A stretch of 64,000 nt of DNA from Candidatus Rhodoferax bjergmarkensis (GCA_016708345.1 JADJFX010000007.1:96339-160338), one strand, 5' to 3'; positions 29,316 to 40,470 are shown, numbered from the stretch's first letter. Numbers and translations are program-made. Notes: generated from the letters alone by a model not told the origin.

Positions 29316-30635
29316 CTACGGCGGGAATCCATCTTTGTTGTTAAGCGGCTTCTTTTGTTGCGCCACCCAAGCAATATATTGCGAGGCTAGGACCATTCCT
29401 TGGGTTGACTTGAGACCATTCATAATACTGACGGCGCGTTCTTGAAAGGACGGCGTGTGCCGTATTTCTTCCACACTGTCGAGCAGTTGTTTTTCGCTAA
29501 ATGTTGCGATGTCTATGCGTTTACCGACTCCCAAATAGACGACGCGACTTGCATTATCGGCTTGCTCTCCTCCCACTGGCATGACAATAATTGGTTTTCC
29601 TGAAGCGAGAGCTTCATTTGTGCTGTTATTTCCGCCATGACTGATAAACAGGTCAATTCTGTTGAGCACACTGATTTGCGGGACGCTTTTATAGACGATT
29701 GCATTCTGGGATACCCTGTCCCGCTGTAACTTCTGATAAGCGCCGCCCGCACTGATGATGACCTGGTAGTCTGATGTATCCAGCGCACGCATGATCTTTC
29801 GGAAAACCTCTGGCTTATTATTGAAAACCGTCCCGAGCGAAACATAAATTTTGAATTTATCTGACCGAAATGGGTCAAATGAGAATGCTTCTTCTGCACG
29901 CTTGCCAAAGCAAGGACCAATAAAAAACGTGGAATCCGTCAGGTTATTGCGCGGCGCTTCCATATGTGCGCCACTGACAACCAGATTGAGCCACGGCGAA
30001 TATGGACGCCGCAATATGTCCGGTTCAGTTGGCGTCAAACCAAGAGCCCGTCTTGCTGCATTCATGCGCTTGTCAATTCGGTTCAGTAGCTGGTTCTCCC
30101 GGCGAACATAGCCGTCGTCTGAGTTCGCGTAGTTATCCCCAATCGGCAAACCGCTCCCAAAAGGTGGAATTCCATCACCACGAAAGGGCAGACCACTATG
30201 ATAGATCACGGCATAGGGAATCCCGGCAATTTCAGCCGCCAGGCTCGCAGCTGGAAAGGCAAAATCACTAACCAGAATGTCGGGCTTGTATCGTTCAACG
30301 AATCTCAGGACACATCGCGCGTAATGCTCTACCGCTAGAAAAAACATATTAAAGGCGTGGATGGTCTCGCCATGCCCTGATTTAAATGGCAAGAGAAGGG
30401 AATTCCATATCACGGAAAGGTCGGGCGGCAGGCAATCAACATCAAGCCCGTTTCGCCTGATTCGATGGGGAACCTCAATGGCTGTATCAAATATCTGAAT
30501 GCCTGTTCGTATCCCCTTGACATATGGCACCAAAAATCGGACAGAATGCCCATCGTCTTTCATTTGAGACGCAATACTGAGAAGCGTGTTCACATGCCCC
30601 ACGCTAGGTTGATTCAGGAAGATGATCTTGCTCAT
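29316..30635 (-). CDS. GT1-family (MGT/UDP-glycosyltransferase-like) glycosyltransferase
   Basis: N-terminal GHVN, VYVSLGT-like IYVSLGTV, PSPG box FISHGGNNSTNEALASGKPIIVMPVGGEQ; visibly AT-richer than flanks. Confidence 0.85.
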   Translation of the reverse strand: MSKIIFLNQPSVGHVNTLLSIASQMKDDGHSVRFLVPYVKGIRTGIQIFDTAIEVPHRIRRNGLDVDCLPPDLSVIWNSLLLPFKSGHGETIHAFNMFFLAVEHYARCVLRFVERYKPDILVSDFAFPAASLAAEIAGIPYAVIYHSGLPFRGDGIPPFGSGLPIGDNYANSDDGYVRRENQLLNRIDKRMNAARRALGLTPTEPDILRRPYSPWLNLVVSGAHMEAPRNNLTDSTFFIGPCFGKRAEEAFSFDPFRSDKFKIYVSLGTVFNNKPEVFRKIMRALDTSDYQVIISAGGAYQKLQRDRVSQNAIVYKSVPQISVLNRIDLFISHGGNNSTNEALASGKPIIVMPVGGEQADNASRVVYLGVGKRIDIATFSEKQLLDSVEEIRHTPSFQERAVSIMNGLKSTQGMVLASQYIAWVAQQKKPLNNKDGFPP

Positions 30636-30732
30636 TAATAACCCTCACAGATGATTTCTGGCGACGTTGCCCAAGGTTTGAGATCGGGGGATGCCAACTT
30701 GCTGGCTTGTTGAACCGCCCACTGCGAACAAC

Positions 30733-32668
30733 GGATAGGAAATTCAACCGCATGAGGCCAAGTATGTCACGGGTTTGGGGCCACGAAACACGTCTGGCCC
30801 TGGCAATTTGAGCGCTCGCAGCCGCTCAACGACGAGGCCTTGGGTTGCAAGATGGATTTGGGGCTGGCGCGCACGCAGCTGCTCCCCGCAGCAGTCGAAA
30901 TCACTGCTGGGGTCCATCACCAATTGATGCGCTGATCCACCTCGTAGTCTGGGGCGGGTTGTGCCGCAATGTCCCAATCTGGCTCGACATCAGCACCCTC
31001 GCCCACCTGCGCGTCACAACCCTCCCACAGCGGTGGCCCACGTGCCGGGGCGATGTGTGGGGATCGGACTCCACCCCAATGTGATTGAGAATTTGCAGGA
31101 TATCGGCGCGGTGGGTGATGAACGCAATCAGGCGCATCTGCCCACCGCACATTGGGCACAGCAGCGGGAATACCTCGTAGACGCGTGCAATCAGCACCGC
31201 CCACAGGTAGTGGGCTGGACGCTTGGGCGGCACCGGCTTGGAAGGCTCGGTCTGGGTTGGGAGTGCGTTGCCTTGCTGCACAACCCCAAATGCGCCCACG
31301 CACGCACCCGTGCTGGCTGGCTCGGCCTGCGCAGTGACCGGTTGCGCAGGTAGCACCTGTGCCAGCGCTGTGACCGCACAGCGCAGTGGCGAATTCGGGG
31401 CCAGCACACCAAAGTAGCGGTGCCGGTGCGTGCGCGGCGGCGGCACCAAGGCCGCAATGCGGTCGATCAGCTCCAGCGGTGTGAGGTGCAGTTCGTCTGC
31501 CTTGGCACCGCGCTTGTCACTGGTGGGCTCGCTGCGCTGTTTGGCGCAGCGGTACACCAGGGCTGCGCCTTCTTTATGCAGCCGATCCATGGCAAAGGGT
31601 GGGCGCGCGCAGTAGCGCAGCAGCCGCTCCAGTGCCGCGCGGTCGTGGGCTTCGATGCACACACCCGCATCCACCGAGAAGCCGCTGTGCTGGTAGGCCA
31701 GCATGTCTTTGGCGTCACAGCTCTCCAGCAGCCCCCGGCCGACGAAGGCGCGCAGGATGCGTTTTTGCAGGGTGGTCTGCACTTGGGCCACGGCGGCCTG
31801 GTCAATAGCGGTGGCCGGGTGGTAAATGACACCCGGCGAAGATGCTTGCACCTGGGCAGCAGCCCCGCCCACGCCCGCCACCGCCTCAAACACCCCATCG
31901 ACCACGCAGACGTGGAAATGCACATGCCCGTTCAGACTGGAGCCGAATCGGTGGATAAAGGCGATGGCGCCGATGTGCAGGGCCGCCTTGTCTACTTGTG
32001 CCACACCGGGGCTGTGGGTCTGCAGGGTTTGCGCGATGACCCGCAAGAAGATGCGCAGCACCATGTTCAGTACCGCCCCGTCACGCTGCATGAAGTAGCG
32101 CAGGCGTTTGGGCACGGACAGCACCCATTGGCGCACCGGCAGACGCGGGAATACGTGATCGGTGAGGTGCGCGGCCGTCTCCACCATGCGCCGTGTGTTG
32201 CACGAGGGGCACACGCCCCGGCCTTTGCAGGAATAGGCCACAAAGTAGTCATGCCCGCAGTCATCACAGCGGGCGCGGGCGAAGCCATGGGCAAATATGC
32301 CGCATTCCAGGTATTTGCGAAATGCTTGACGGACATAGGGCTTTGGGGTGTGGTGGTCGCCCTGGCCGTCGAACTGGCCGGAACTTGCCAACTCATGCCA
32401 GGTCTCGAAGTGTTCGGCAATGGTTTGGTACAGCAGGGTTCGCTCAGGGTGGCGCGGGTTGTAGAGCTTGGGCTTGGCGCCCGATTGGCCACCCGCTGAC
32501 CCTCCCGCGTGCGGGGCCGGGTGGGCGTGCGGATGCAGTAGCGTTTGCGCGGAACGGGCAGCGACAAGCATGATGCGGTGCCAGAGCGAGCGTGTGTGCT
32601 CGGATTGGCTGCACCATAGTACTGTTGTTATATCCAGCTATATCAACCTGAATACCGTTTACGGAGGT
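30733..32668 (-). mobile_element. ISCR-type element, copy 3 (type B)
   Basis: oriIS GGATAGGAAATTCAACCGC; transposase ORF 30901-32571 with a frameshift near the 3' end; nested hairpin ACCT..CCGT-TT-ACGG-AGGT at 32646-32668. Confidence 0.92.
32622..32637. promoter_or_regulatory. LexA box, copy 3
   Basis: taCTGTTGTTATATCCAGct. Confidence 0.78.
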
Positions 32669-32671
32669 TCG

Positions 32672-32744
32672 TTCACTCCCTAATTGATAGCTGCCTCCGC
32701 ACGCCAGACGTGCGCAAAGGCACTATTTTGTTCACAAACCCAGC
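32672..32744. repeat. REP-like repeat, copy d
   Basis: TTCACTCCCTAATTGATAGCTGCCTCCGCACGCCAGACGTGCGCAAAGGCACTATTTTGTTCACAAACCCAGC. Confidence 0.85.
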
Positions 32745-32745
32745 G

Positions 32746-35225
32746 TCAACCCCGCCCCAGCACCGCCGCCAATTCCCGACCGGTGTGCGTACCCAGCGCC
32801 ACCAGCGCCTCGGGTGTGCCCGCCGCCACAATGCGCCCGCCACCCGTGCCGCCTTCCGGCCCCAGGTCGATGATCCAGTCGCTCTCGGCAATCACGTCCA
32901 GGTCGTGCTCGATGACGACCACGCTGTGCCCGGCGTTGACCAGGCGGTGCAGCACGTGGATGAACTTTTCCACATCGGCCATGTGCAGGCCCACGGTGGG
33001 TTCGTCCAGCACGTACAGGGTGTGCGGTACTTTTTGCCCGCGTTTGGTGATGTCGTCGCGCACTTTGCTCAGCTCCGTCACCAGCTTGATGCGCTGCGCC
33101 TCGCCACCGCTGAGGGTGGGTGACGGCTGGCCCAGCGTGAGGTAGCCCAGGCCCACGTCTTTGAGCAGTTGCAGCGGGTGGGCAATGGATGGCATGGCGG
33201 CGAAGAAGTCGACCGCTTCGTCCACCTCCATTTGCAACACATCGCCAATGTTTTTGCCGCGCCAAGTCACCGCCTGCGTCTCGGGGTTAAAGCGGGCTCC
33301 TTTGCAGGTTTCGCACAAGACCTTTACATCCGGCAAAAAGCTCATGCCAATGGTGCGTATGCCCTGCCCTTCGCAGCCGGGGCAACGACCCTCGCCGGTG
33401 TTGAAGCTGAAGCGGTTGGCGGCGTATCCGCGCGCCTTGGCTTCCAGGGTGTCGGCAAAGAGTTTGCGGATTGTGTCCCAGAAGCCGATGTAGGTGGCGG
33501 GGCAACTGCGTGGGGTTTTGCCAATGGGGGTTTGGTCGACTTCCAACACGCGGTCTACGGACTCGAACCCGCTCACGCCCTGGCAACCTACCCAAGGCGG
33601 ATGCTCGCCTTTTGATAGCTGCTCTCGCCCGTCCCTTGTGCTCTGCAGGCTTACTACGGCCTGAACATTGGCCAACAACACATCACGCGCCAAAGTCGAC
33701 TTGCCGGAGCCGGAAACGCCGGTGATGGCGACCAGGCGTTTTAACGGGACGTGGGCGGTGACGGCTTGTAGGTTGTGCAGGGTGGCGTTGTGGACGGTTA
33801 GCCAGTTGATGGGGGCGTAGCTGGGCTCCGCGGCTACGGGGCCCGCAGCGGGTGCGCCTGGGGCGGGGGCCTCATGCGCTTGCTGCGCAATCGCAAAATC
33901 GGCACCCACCCCAGGCGCACCCGCTGCTGCCACGGTAGATCTTTCCATGGAGCGGTTGGCCAGTTCGGCGTAGGTGGCGGCAACGCGGTTGCGCTCTACA
34001 AACTCCGCGTTGACCGCTGCGCTGGCAGCTGCATTGGCGGCCGCAACCGCCGCAGCCTTTGCTGCCTTGCCTTTGGGCTTCTGACCCGCATCGCGCCCGC
34101 CCGGTCCGGCGGTCGGAGTCGGTGCGCCGGGGACCGATTTTGCAGTCGCGTAGCGAATGCATGAGGCCCCCGGCGTGCCGGCTCCGGCCGTAGCGAGTGC
34201 TACAACGCCCCCCGCAGCAACCACCGCATCCAGCGACAAAGACTCCGCATAAGAAACCGTAAACCGCCGCAGCGCCAACGGATGCCGCATCGCATGCAAC
34301 AAATACCGCCCGGTCTGCGACTCCGCCGCGTTCTGCACATCGGCCACCGAACCCTGCGCCACCAGCCGCCCACCACGCTTGCCCGCACTGGGCCCAATGT
34401 CGATGATGTGGTCGGCATGGCGAATGGTGTCCTCGTCGTGCTCTACCACCAGCAACGTGTTGCCCAAGTCGCTCAAACGGCGCAAAGCACCCAGCAGAAT
34501 TTTGTTGTCCCGCGCGTGCAGCCCAATGGTGGGCTCGTCCAGCACGTAACACACCCCCTGCAAATTACTACCCAACTGCGCCGCCAGCCGAATGCGCTGT
34601 GCCTCGCCGCCGGACAGCGTGGGTGCTCCCCGGTCCAGCGTGAGGTAGCCCAGGCCCACTTCTTCCAGAAACTGCAAGCGGCTCTGAATCTCGGGCAACA
34701 GGTCGCGCGCAATGTCGGCCTCGCGGCCCGTCATGCCCCCTTCCACCAGCAGGCCCTGCACCCACTCGCGCACATCGCCCACGCTCAGGCGCGCGATGTC
34801 GGTGATGGAAACGCCTGAGGTATGCATAGCAAACCGCACGGCGCGCGCGGTGGCATTCAGGCGCGTGCCGTGGCAGGTGGGGCAGGTGGCGTCATGCAGG
34901 TCTTCCACATCGGCCTCGGCAAAGGTCTGCTCGCGGCCTTGTGTGTCGTCGTCCTTCACGGAGTCATCGAACACCTTGCGCTGCTCTTTGGTCAGCGCCA
35001 CACCAGTGCCCACGCAGTCCGGGCACCAGCCGTGTTTGCTGTTGTAGCTAAACAGGCGCGGGTCCAGCTCGGCGTAAGACGTGGCGCACACCGGGCAGGC
35101 GCGTTGGGTGGAAAACACCTGCACCGTGCCAATCCCCGCGGTGGGTGTGCCCGCCGCCATGGCCTCGCGCAGGCCGTGCATGGCGCTCATCACCTGCACC
35201 ACGCCTTTGGCGTGCGCACGTCCGT
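32746..35225 (-). pseudogene. uvrA: UvrA, 3' part only
   Basis: Zn fingers CPVC/CPDC/CPTC, LSGGEAQRIRLA, GVSGSGKST, IGKTPRSCPATY, LDEPTVGLH; no 5' half, joins the stop of the 560-aa ORF. Confidence 0.88.
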
Positions 35226-35227
35226 CC

Positions 35228-36910
35228 TCAAAGACGCGGCAGACGCGCCAGATCCGCCCTGAAATACTTGCGCTGCGCCACCTGCAGAGCAGCCAGTTGC
35301 GACTCCAGCTTGCGCCGCAGTTCGGCGGCCTCCTTCGCCCTGTCATGCAGCACCAGTTGCCACAGATGCTCCAGCATCGCCGCGCAGCGCTGTATGGGCG
35401 AGATCGTCGGATCGCCCGCGTCTTCGCTCACGGCATCCAGCATGCGACCCGTGAGCGCAAACCAGTCGGGCAACGAGGGCGGCAGCAGCAACTCGCACAA
35501 GGCGTGCAGCTCGCGCACCGCCGGATCGCTGGCATCGCCCTCGTCATGCGCGAGTTCAGCGCGCAGATCCGCAAGACTCCAGATCCGCGAACGCCAATCG
35601 ATCGGTGACTCGGACTGCGTTGTGACCTGCCCATCGCCAACATCGCCCGCATCATCCGCGCCGACCACCGCACCCCGCGCGATGCGGCAGATGTAGATGA
35701 TGTTCCAGTACGAACCCGAACCCAACCCATGCCGCCGCGCGAGCGCCTCGCCCGTGAGAATCCAGCGCACGGCCAGCCTTCTGCCCGCACCCGCCCCCAC
35801 ACGCTGCTGCAAGGCAGGCGCGAGCAGCCACAGCGAATAGCCCAGATTGGACGCCACCGCCTCCATGAGCGTGAGCGAGTCGGTCTCCACCGCACACACC
35901 AGCGCCAGTTGCATGTCGCGCAGCACCTGCACCGCGTCCTGCTCGGGCTGCTCGGGCTGCTCGTGCGATGTGCCCAAAAGCAAGGCCCGCCGCGCCAATG
36001 CACGCAGGTTGAAATACTCGGCCGCCAGACGCGAACTCAGCCGCAGCGCTGCCGCGTCTCCCTCGAAGCGATCGCTCATCTGCTCCAGCCGCATCAGCGC
36101 CGCTGCGCTGCGGTTGTCCTGATGGTCGCACCACGCAAGTCCGATTTCGGACATCGCATCGAGCACCGGCAGACGCTGAAAGGAATCATCATCGCCACGC
36201 TTCAGCGCAGCAGACCGGCAGCGCCGACGCAGCTCCTTGTAGAGCGCCCGCGCCTCATTGCCCTTTCTCGCCAGACGCGCATAACGGGCCTGCAGATTCA
36301 AGGCCCACAGCGGCGATGCGTCACCGCTCGAGTCCGGCACATCGCGATGGTGCACACGCGAAAATCCATCCATCACCTCGGGCAGGGACAGCCGCCCTTC
36401 TTCCGCCGACTGGCGCAGAACGAAGACGCGCATCCACCGCTCAAGCTGCGCTTCAAGCTGTTTTTCCAGTCCTTCGCCCACCGTGCTTTCAGCAGCGCTT
36501 TGCGCCATCCCCGACATGCGCGCCAGCAGACCTTTCTGCACCGCAGGCGTGATCCGTTTTCCACTCACGCAGAACGTCAGTCGCTCCAGCTCCCCTCGCG
36601 CAAGCCAGAACGGGCCATGCACGCGTCCGCGCACCGACAGCGCAGACGCATCCGCGCGCGCATTGCGTCCCCAGCCGACCGTGATTCCCGCCTGCGCAAA
36701 CTGCTTGAACGCACGACTGAGCGCCATCGGGAAAGCCGTTCCGGTCTGCCCCGCAAAGTGCAGGCTGTAGACCGGAACCGTCGACTGCCCCGCACGTCTG
36801 GCAACGGCCAGCGCCAGCAGAAGCAGCACCGCAAAGCGTGATGCAGCCACATCGCCCAAGGTCCACGGAGCTTCAAGCGCGATCTGAATAGCTGGTTTTT
36901 TCGTGGGCAT
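35228..36910 (-). CDS. 560-aa hypothetical protein; putative regulator (possible N-terminal winged helix plus TPR-like helices)
   Basis: Clean ORF divergent from the beta-lactamase; helical repeat-like C-terminus; function inferred from position only. Confidence 0.6.
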   Translation of the reverse strand: MPTKKPAIQIALEAPWTLGDVAASRFAVLLLLALAVARRAGQSTVPVYSLHFAGQTGTAFPMALSRAFKQFAQAGITVGWGRNARADASALSVRGRVHGPFWLARGELERLTFCVSGKRITPAVQKGLLARMSGMAQSAAESTVGEGLEKQLEAQLERWMRVFVLRQSAEEGRLSLPEVMDGFSRVHHRDVPDSSGDASPLWALNLQARYARLARKGNEARALYKELRRRCRSAALKRGDDDSFQRLPVLDAMSEIGLAWCDHQDNRSAAALMRLEQMSDRFEGDAAALRLSSRLAAEYFNLRALARRALLLGTSHEQPEQPEQDAVQVLRDMQLALVCAVETDSLTLMEAVASNLGYSLWLLAPALQQRVGAGAGRRLAVRWILTGEALARRHGLGSGSYWNIIYICRIARGAVVGADDAGDVGDGQVTTQSESPIDWRSRIWSLADLRAELAHDEGDASDPAVRELHALCELLLPPSLPDWFALTGRMLDAVSEDAGDPTISPIQRCAAMLEHLWQLVLHDRAKEAAELRRKLESQLAALQVAQRKYFRADLARLPRL

Positions 36911-37023
36911 CGGTGCTTGTTATGAAAGTTATGAACTCGCATTTTACGAACGAGAACGCCAAGGGCATGCTTGCGGCCATTGTCATCAGCACATTCATTT
37001 TTCACCCACGAAAGCCGCACACC

Positions 37024-37908
37024 ATGCACCGTCGCCAATTCCATCTTCACGCGCTGAGCGCCTGCGCCGCCGCTGCCGCATTGCCGCTGACCGCCTGCTC
37101 CACAGCGCAGAGTCAAAGCGCATCCGAGCCATGGTCCCGCATCGAAAAACAATCCACCGGACGCATGGGCATCGCCGTGCTCGACACCGCCGATGACAAG
37201 TGGGAGGGGCAGCGTCTCGATGAGCGCTTTCCCATGTGCAGCACCTTCAAATGGCTTGCGGCGGCCCATGTACTGCAACGTGTCGATCAGGGCCGCGAAC
37301 AGTTGGATAGACGCATCCGTTTCGAGCGCAAGGCGCTGATCGAATACTCGCCCATCACCGAACCGCAAGCAGGCAAGAACGGCATGACGCTGGCCGAGCT
37401 GTGCCACGCAGCCATCACCGTGAGCGACAACACCGCCGCCAATCTGATTCTGGAAACGCTGGGCGGTCCGCAAGGCATGACGGCATTTGCGCGCTCGCTC
37501 GGTGACGAGGTCACACGTCTCGATCGCTGGGAGCCCGATCTGAACGAAAGCAAACCCGGCGATCCGCGCGACACCACCTCGCCGCGCGCCATGGCCACGC
37601 TGCTGCAGCAACTGGTGCTGCGCGATGTGCTTTCGCCGCGCAGCCGCGAGCTGCTGGTTCAGTGGATGCGTGCGACCAGCACCAATCGCAACCGCCTGGC
37701 CGCAGGTCTTCCGGAAGGCTGGAAGATCGGCAGCAAGACCGGCTCTTCAGGCACGGGATCGGTCAACGATGTGGGCGTGTTCTGGCCACCGAATCGCCCG
37801 CCCATCATCGCGGCGGTCTACATCACACAAGGCACAGGCAGCACCAAGAACATCGAGCCCGCGATTGCCGCCGTCGCGCAGCACATCACGCGCGGCGCTG
37901 CACGCTGA
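37024..37908 (+). CDS. Class A serine beta-lactamase (Tat/lipoprotein-type signal)
   Basis: MCSTFK (S70), SDN, WEPDLNE (E166/N170), KTG; RRQF twin-arginine motif and LTAC lipobox. Confidence 0.95.
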   Translation: MHRRQFHLHALSACAAAAALPLTACSTAQSQSASEPWSRIEKQSTGRMGIAVLDTADDKWEGQRLDERFPMCSTFKWLAAAHVLQRVDQGREQLDRRIRFERKALIEYSPITEPQAGKNGMTLAELCHAAITVSDNTAANLILETLGGPQGMTAFARSLGDEVTRLDRWEPDLNESKPGDPRDTTSPRAMATLLQQLVLRDVLSPRSRELLVQWMRATSTNRNRLAAGLPEGWKIGSKTGSSGTGSVNDVGVFWPPNRPPIIAAVYITQGTGSTKNIEPAIAAVAQHITRGAAR

Positions 37909-37927
37909 ACCGCTTGCGCTTCACACG

Positions 37928-38381
37928 TCAAAGCCCGAGCAGCCCTTCCACCAGCTCGCGCCGCGCGAGCTTGCGTGCGTTGCCGCGCTGCCAGTGGTAG
38001 ATGTCATAACCGTTGGAATACAGCAGCGAGCCATCGGCCAGCACGTCGAACTGCGCAACATGGCTTGCTATCTCTTCGGGCGCGGCATTGCGGCCCGCCT
38101 GCGCGATGAGCTTCCACGACGCAGGCACGAGGTTGCCCGCGTATTCGGGATCGTTGCGCACCTTGGAGAGTTCGATGCGGCGGCCATGCAGCCACAGCGT
38201 GCCGAGGTCCTGATCGAGCTCCGGCGTGCGCGGGCCACCGGCCGAACGCAGCGGCTCCTTGCCATAGAGCATCGAGAACACGTTCAGATAACCGAACACC
38301 GCCTTGCCCAGACGCAGCGGCATCAACAGCGCATCCTTGGCCGCGCCGCCCGCCTTTTCGTGCAGCGGCTTGTCGGCGGAC
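37928..38381 (-). pseudogene. C-terminal fragment of a hypothetical protein cut by oriIS of copy 4
   Basis: Open reading with its own stop at 37928 that runs into oriIS. Confidence 0.6.
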
Positions 38382-40307
38382 GGATAGGAAATTCAACCGC
38401 ATGAGGCCAAGTATGTCACGGGTTTGGGGCCACGAAACACGTCTGGCCCTGGCAATTTGAGCGCTCGCAGCCGCTCAACGACGAGGCCTTGGGTTGCAAG
38501 ATGGATTTGGGGCTGGCGCGCACGCAGCTGCTCCCCGCAGCAGTCGAAATCACTGCTGGGGTCCATCACCAATTGATGCGCTGATCCACCTCGTAGTCTG
38601 GGGCGGGTTGTGCCGCAATGTCCCAATCTGGCTCGACATCAGCACCCTCGCCCACCTGCGCGTCACAACCCTCCCACAGCGGTGGCCCACGTGCCGGGGC
38701 GATGTGTGGGGGATCGGACTCCACCCCAATGTGATTGAGAATTTGCAGGATATCGGCGCGGTGGGTGATGAACGCAATCAGGCGCATCTGCCCACCGCAC
38801 ATTGGGCACAGCAGCGGGAATACCTCGTAGACGCGTGCAATCAGCACCGCCCACAGGTAGTGGGCTGGACGCTTGGGCGGCACCGGCTTGGAAGGCTCGG
38901 TCTGGGTTGGGAGTGCGTTGCCTTGCTGCACAACCCCAAATGCGCCCACGCACGCACCCGTGCTGGCTGGCTCGGCCTGCGCAGTGACCGGTTGCGCAGG
39001 TAGCACCTGTGCCAGCGCTGTGACCGCACAGCGCAGTGGCGAATTCGGGGCCAGCACACCAAAGTAGCGGTGCCGGTGCGTGCGCGGCGGCGGCACCAAG
39101 GCCGCAATGCGGTCGATCAGCTCCAGCGGTGTGAGGTGCAGTTCGTCTGCCTTGGCACCGCGCTTGTCACTGGTGGGCTCGCTGCGCTGTTTGGCGCAGC
39201 GGTACACCAGGGCTGCGCCTTCTTTATGCAGCCGATCCATGGCAAAGGGTGGGCGCGCGCAGTAGCGCAGCAGCCGCTCCAGTGCCGCGCGGTCGTGGGC
39301 TTCGATGCACACACCCGCATCCACCGAGAAGCCGCTGTGCTGGTAGGCCAGCATGTCTTTGGCGTCACAGCTCTCCAGCAGCCCCCGGCCGACGAAGGCG
39401 CGCAGGATGCGTTTTTGCAGGGTGGTCTGCACTTGGGCAACGGCATCCGCATCGATGGCGCTGGCCGGGTGGAAGATGACGCTCGGCGCAGGGGCTGGAG
39501 GAACATCCGCGTCGCCCTCGCCCGCCACCGCCTCAATCACCCCATCGACCACGCAGACGTGGAAATGCACATGCTGGTTCAGGCTGGAGCCGAATCGGTG
39601 GATAAAGGCGATGGCCCCGATGTGCAGGGCGGCCTTGTCTACCTGTGCCGCACCGGGGCTGTGGGTCTGCAGGCTTTGCGCGATGACCCGCAGAAAAATA
39701 CGCAGCACCATGCCCAGCACTGGCCCGCCCTGCTGCATGAAGTAGCGCAGCCGCTTTGGCACCGATAGCACCCACTGGCGCACCGGCAGGCGGGGGAAGA
39801 CGTGGTCCGTGAGGTGTGCCGCCGTCTCCACCATACGCCGGGTGTTGCACGAGGGGCACACGCCACGGCCTTTGCAGGAAAAGGCCACAAAGTAGTCGTG
39901 GCCGCAGTCGTCACACACCAGGCTCTGGCAAAGCCGTGGGCAAAGATGCCGCATTCCAGATATTTGCGAAAGGCTTGGCGGACATAGGGCTTTGGGGTGT
40001 GGTGGTCGCCCTGCCCGTCGAACTGGCCTGCGCTGGCCAACTCAAACCAGGTCTCGAAGTGCTCGGCTATGGTTTGGTAGAGCAGGGTGCGCTCAGGGTG
40101 GCGCGGGTTGTAGAGTTTGGATTTGCTGCCCGATTGGCCACCGCTGGCCCACCCGCGTGCGGGTGTGAGCAGGCTTGCGCGGTACGGGCGGCGACAGGCA
40201 TGGTGCAGCGCCAGAGCGAGCGTATTGGCTCGGGCTGGGTGCACCATGTTACTGTTTTTATATCCAGTTATATCCGCTTGGTATGGCTTGACAGGCCATC
40301 TGCAGAC
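38382..40307 (-). mobile_element. ISCR-type element, copy 4 (B/A hybrid)
   Basis: Ori half matches copy 3, upstream half matches copy 5; frameshift near 39910. Confidence 0.92.
40252..40267. promoter_or_regulatory. LexA box, copy 4
   Basis: taCTGTTTTTATATCCAGtt. Confidence 0.8.
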
Positions 40308-40312
40308 ACTCA

Positions 40313-40386
40313 TTCACTTCTGAATTGATAGCTACCTGCGCACGCCAGGCGTGCGCAAAGGCACTATTTCTATGCATAAACCCAGC
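40313..40386. repeat. REP-like repeat, copy e
   Basis: Same hairpin as copy c. Confidence 0.85.
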
Positions 40387-40470
40387 GTCTTGCGCATGGA
40401 TCGAGCGCCATGGCTCAAGCGTCGCATCGACTCGCTGACGCCCTGCTGCCTGTCCCGACAAGAGTTTCTT

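Noticed and set aside
32746..35225. Functional link between the captured uvrA and the SOS-boxed transposases
   Set aside because: uvrA lacks its 5' half and promoter; the adjacency is explained by the REP at its 3' end.
37024..37908. KPC/SME/NMC-type carbapenemase call
   Set aside because: It lacks the Cys238 partner of Cys69; activity cannot be assigned from motifs.
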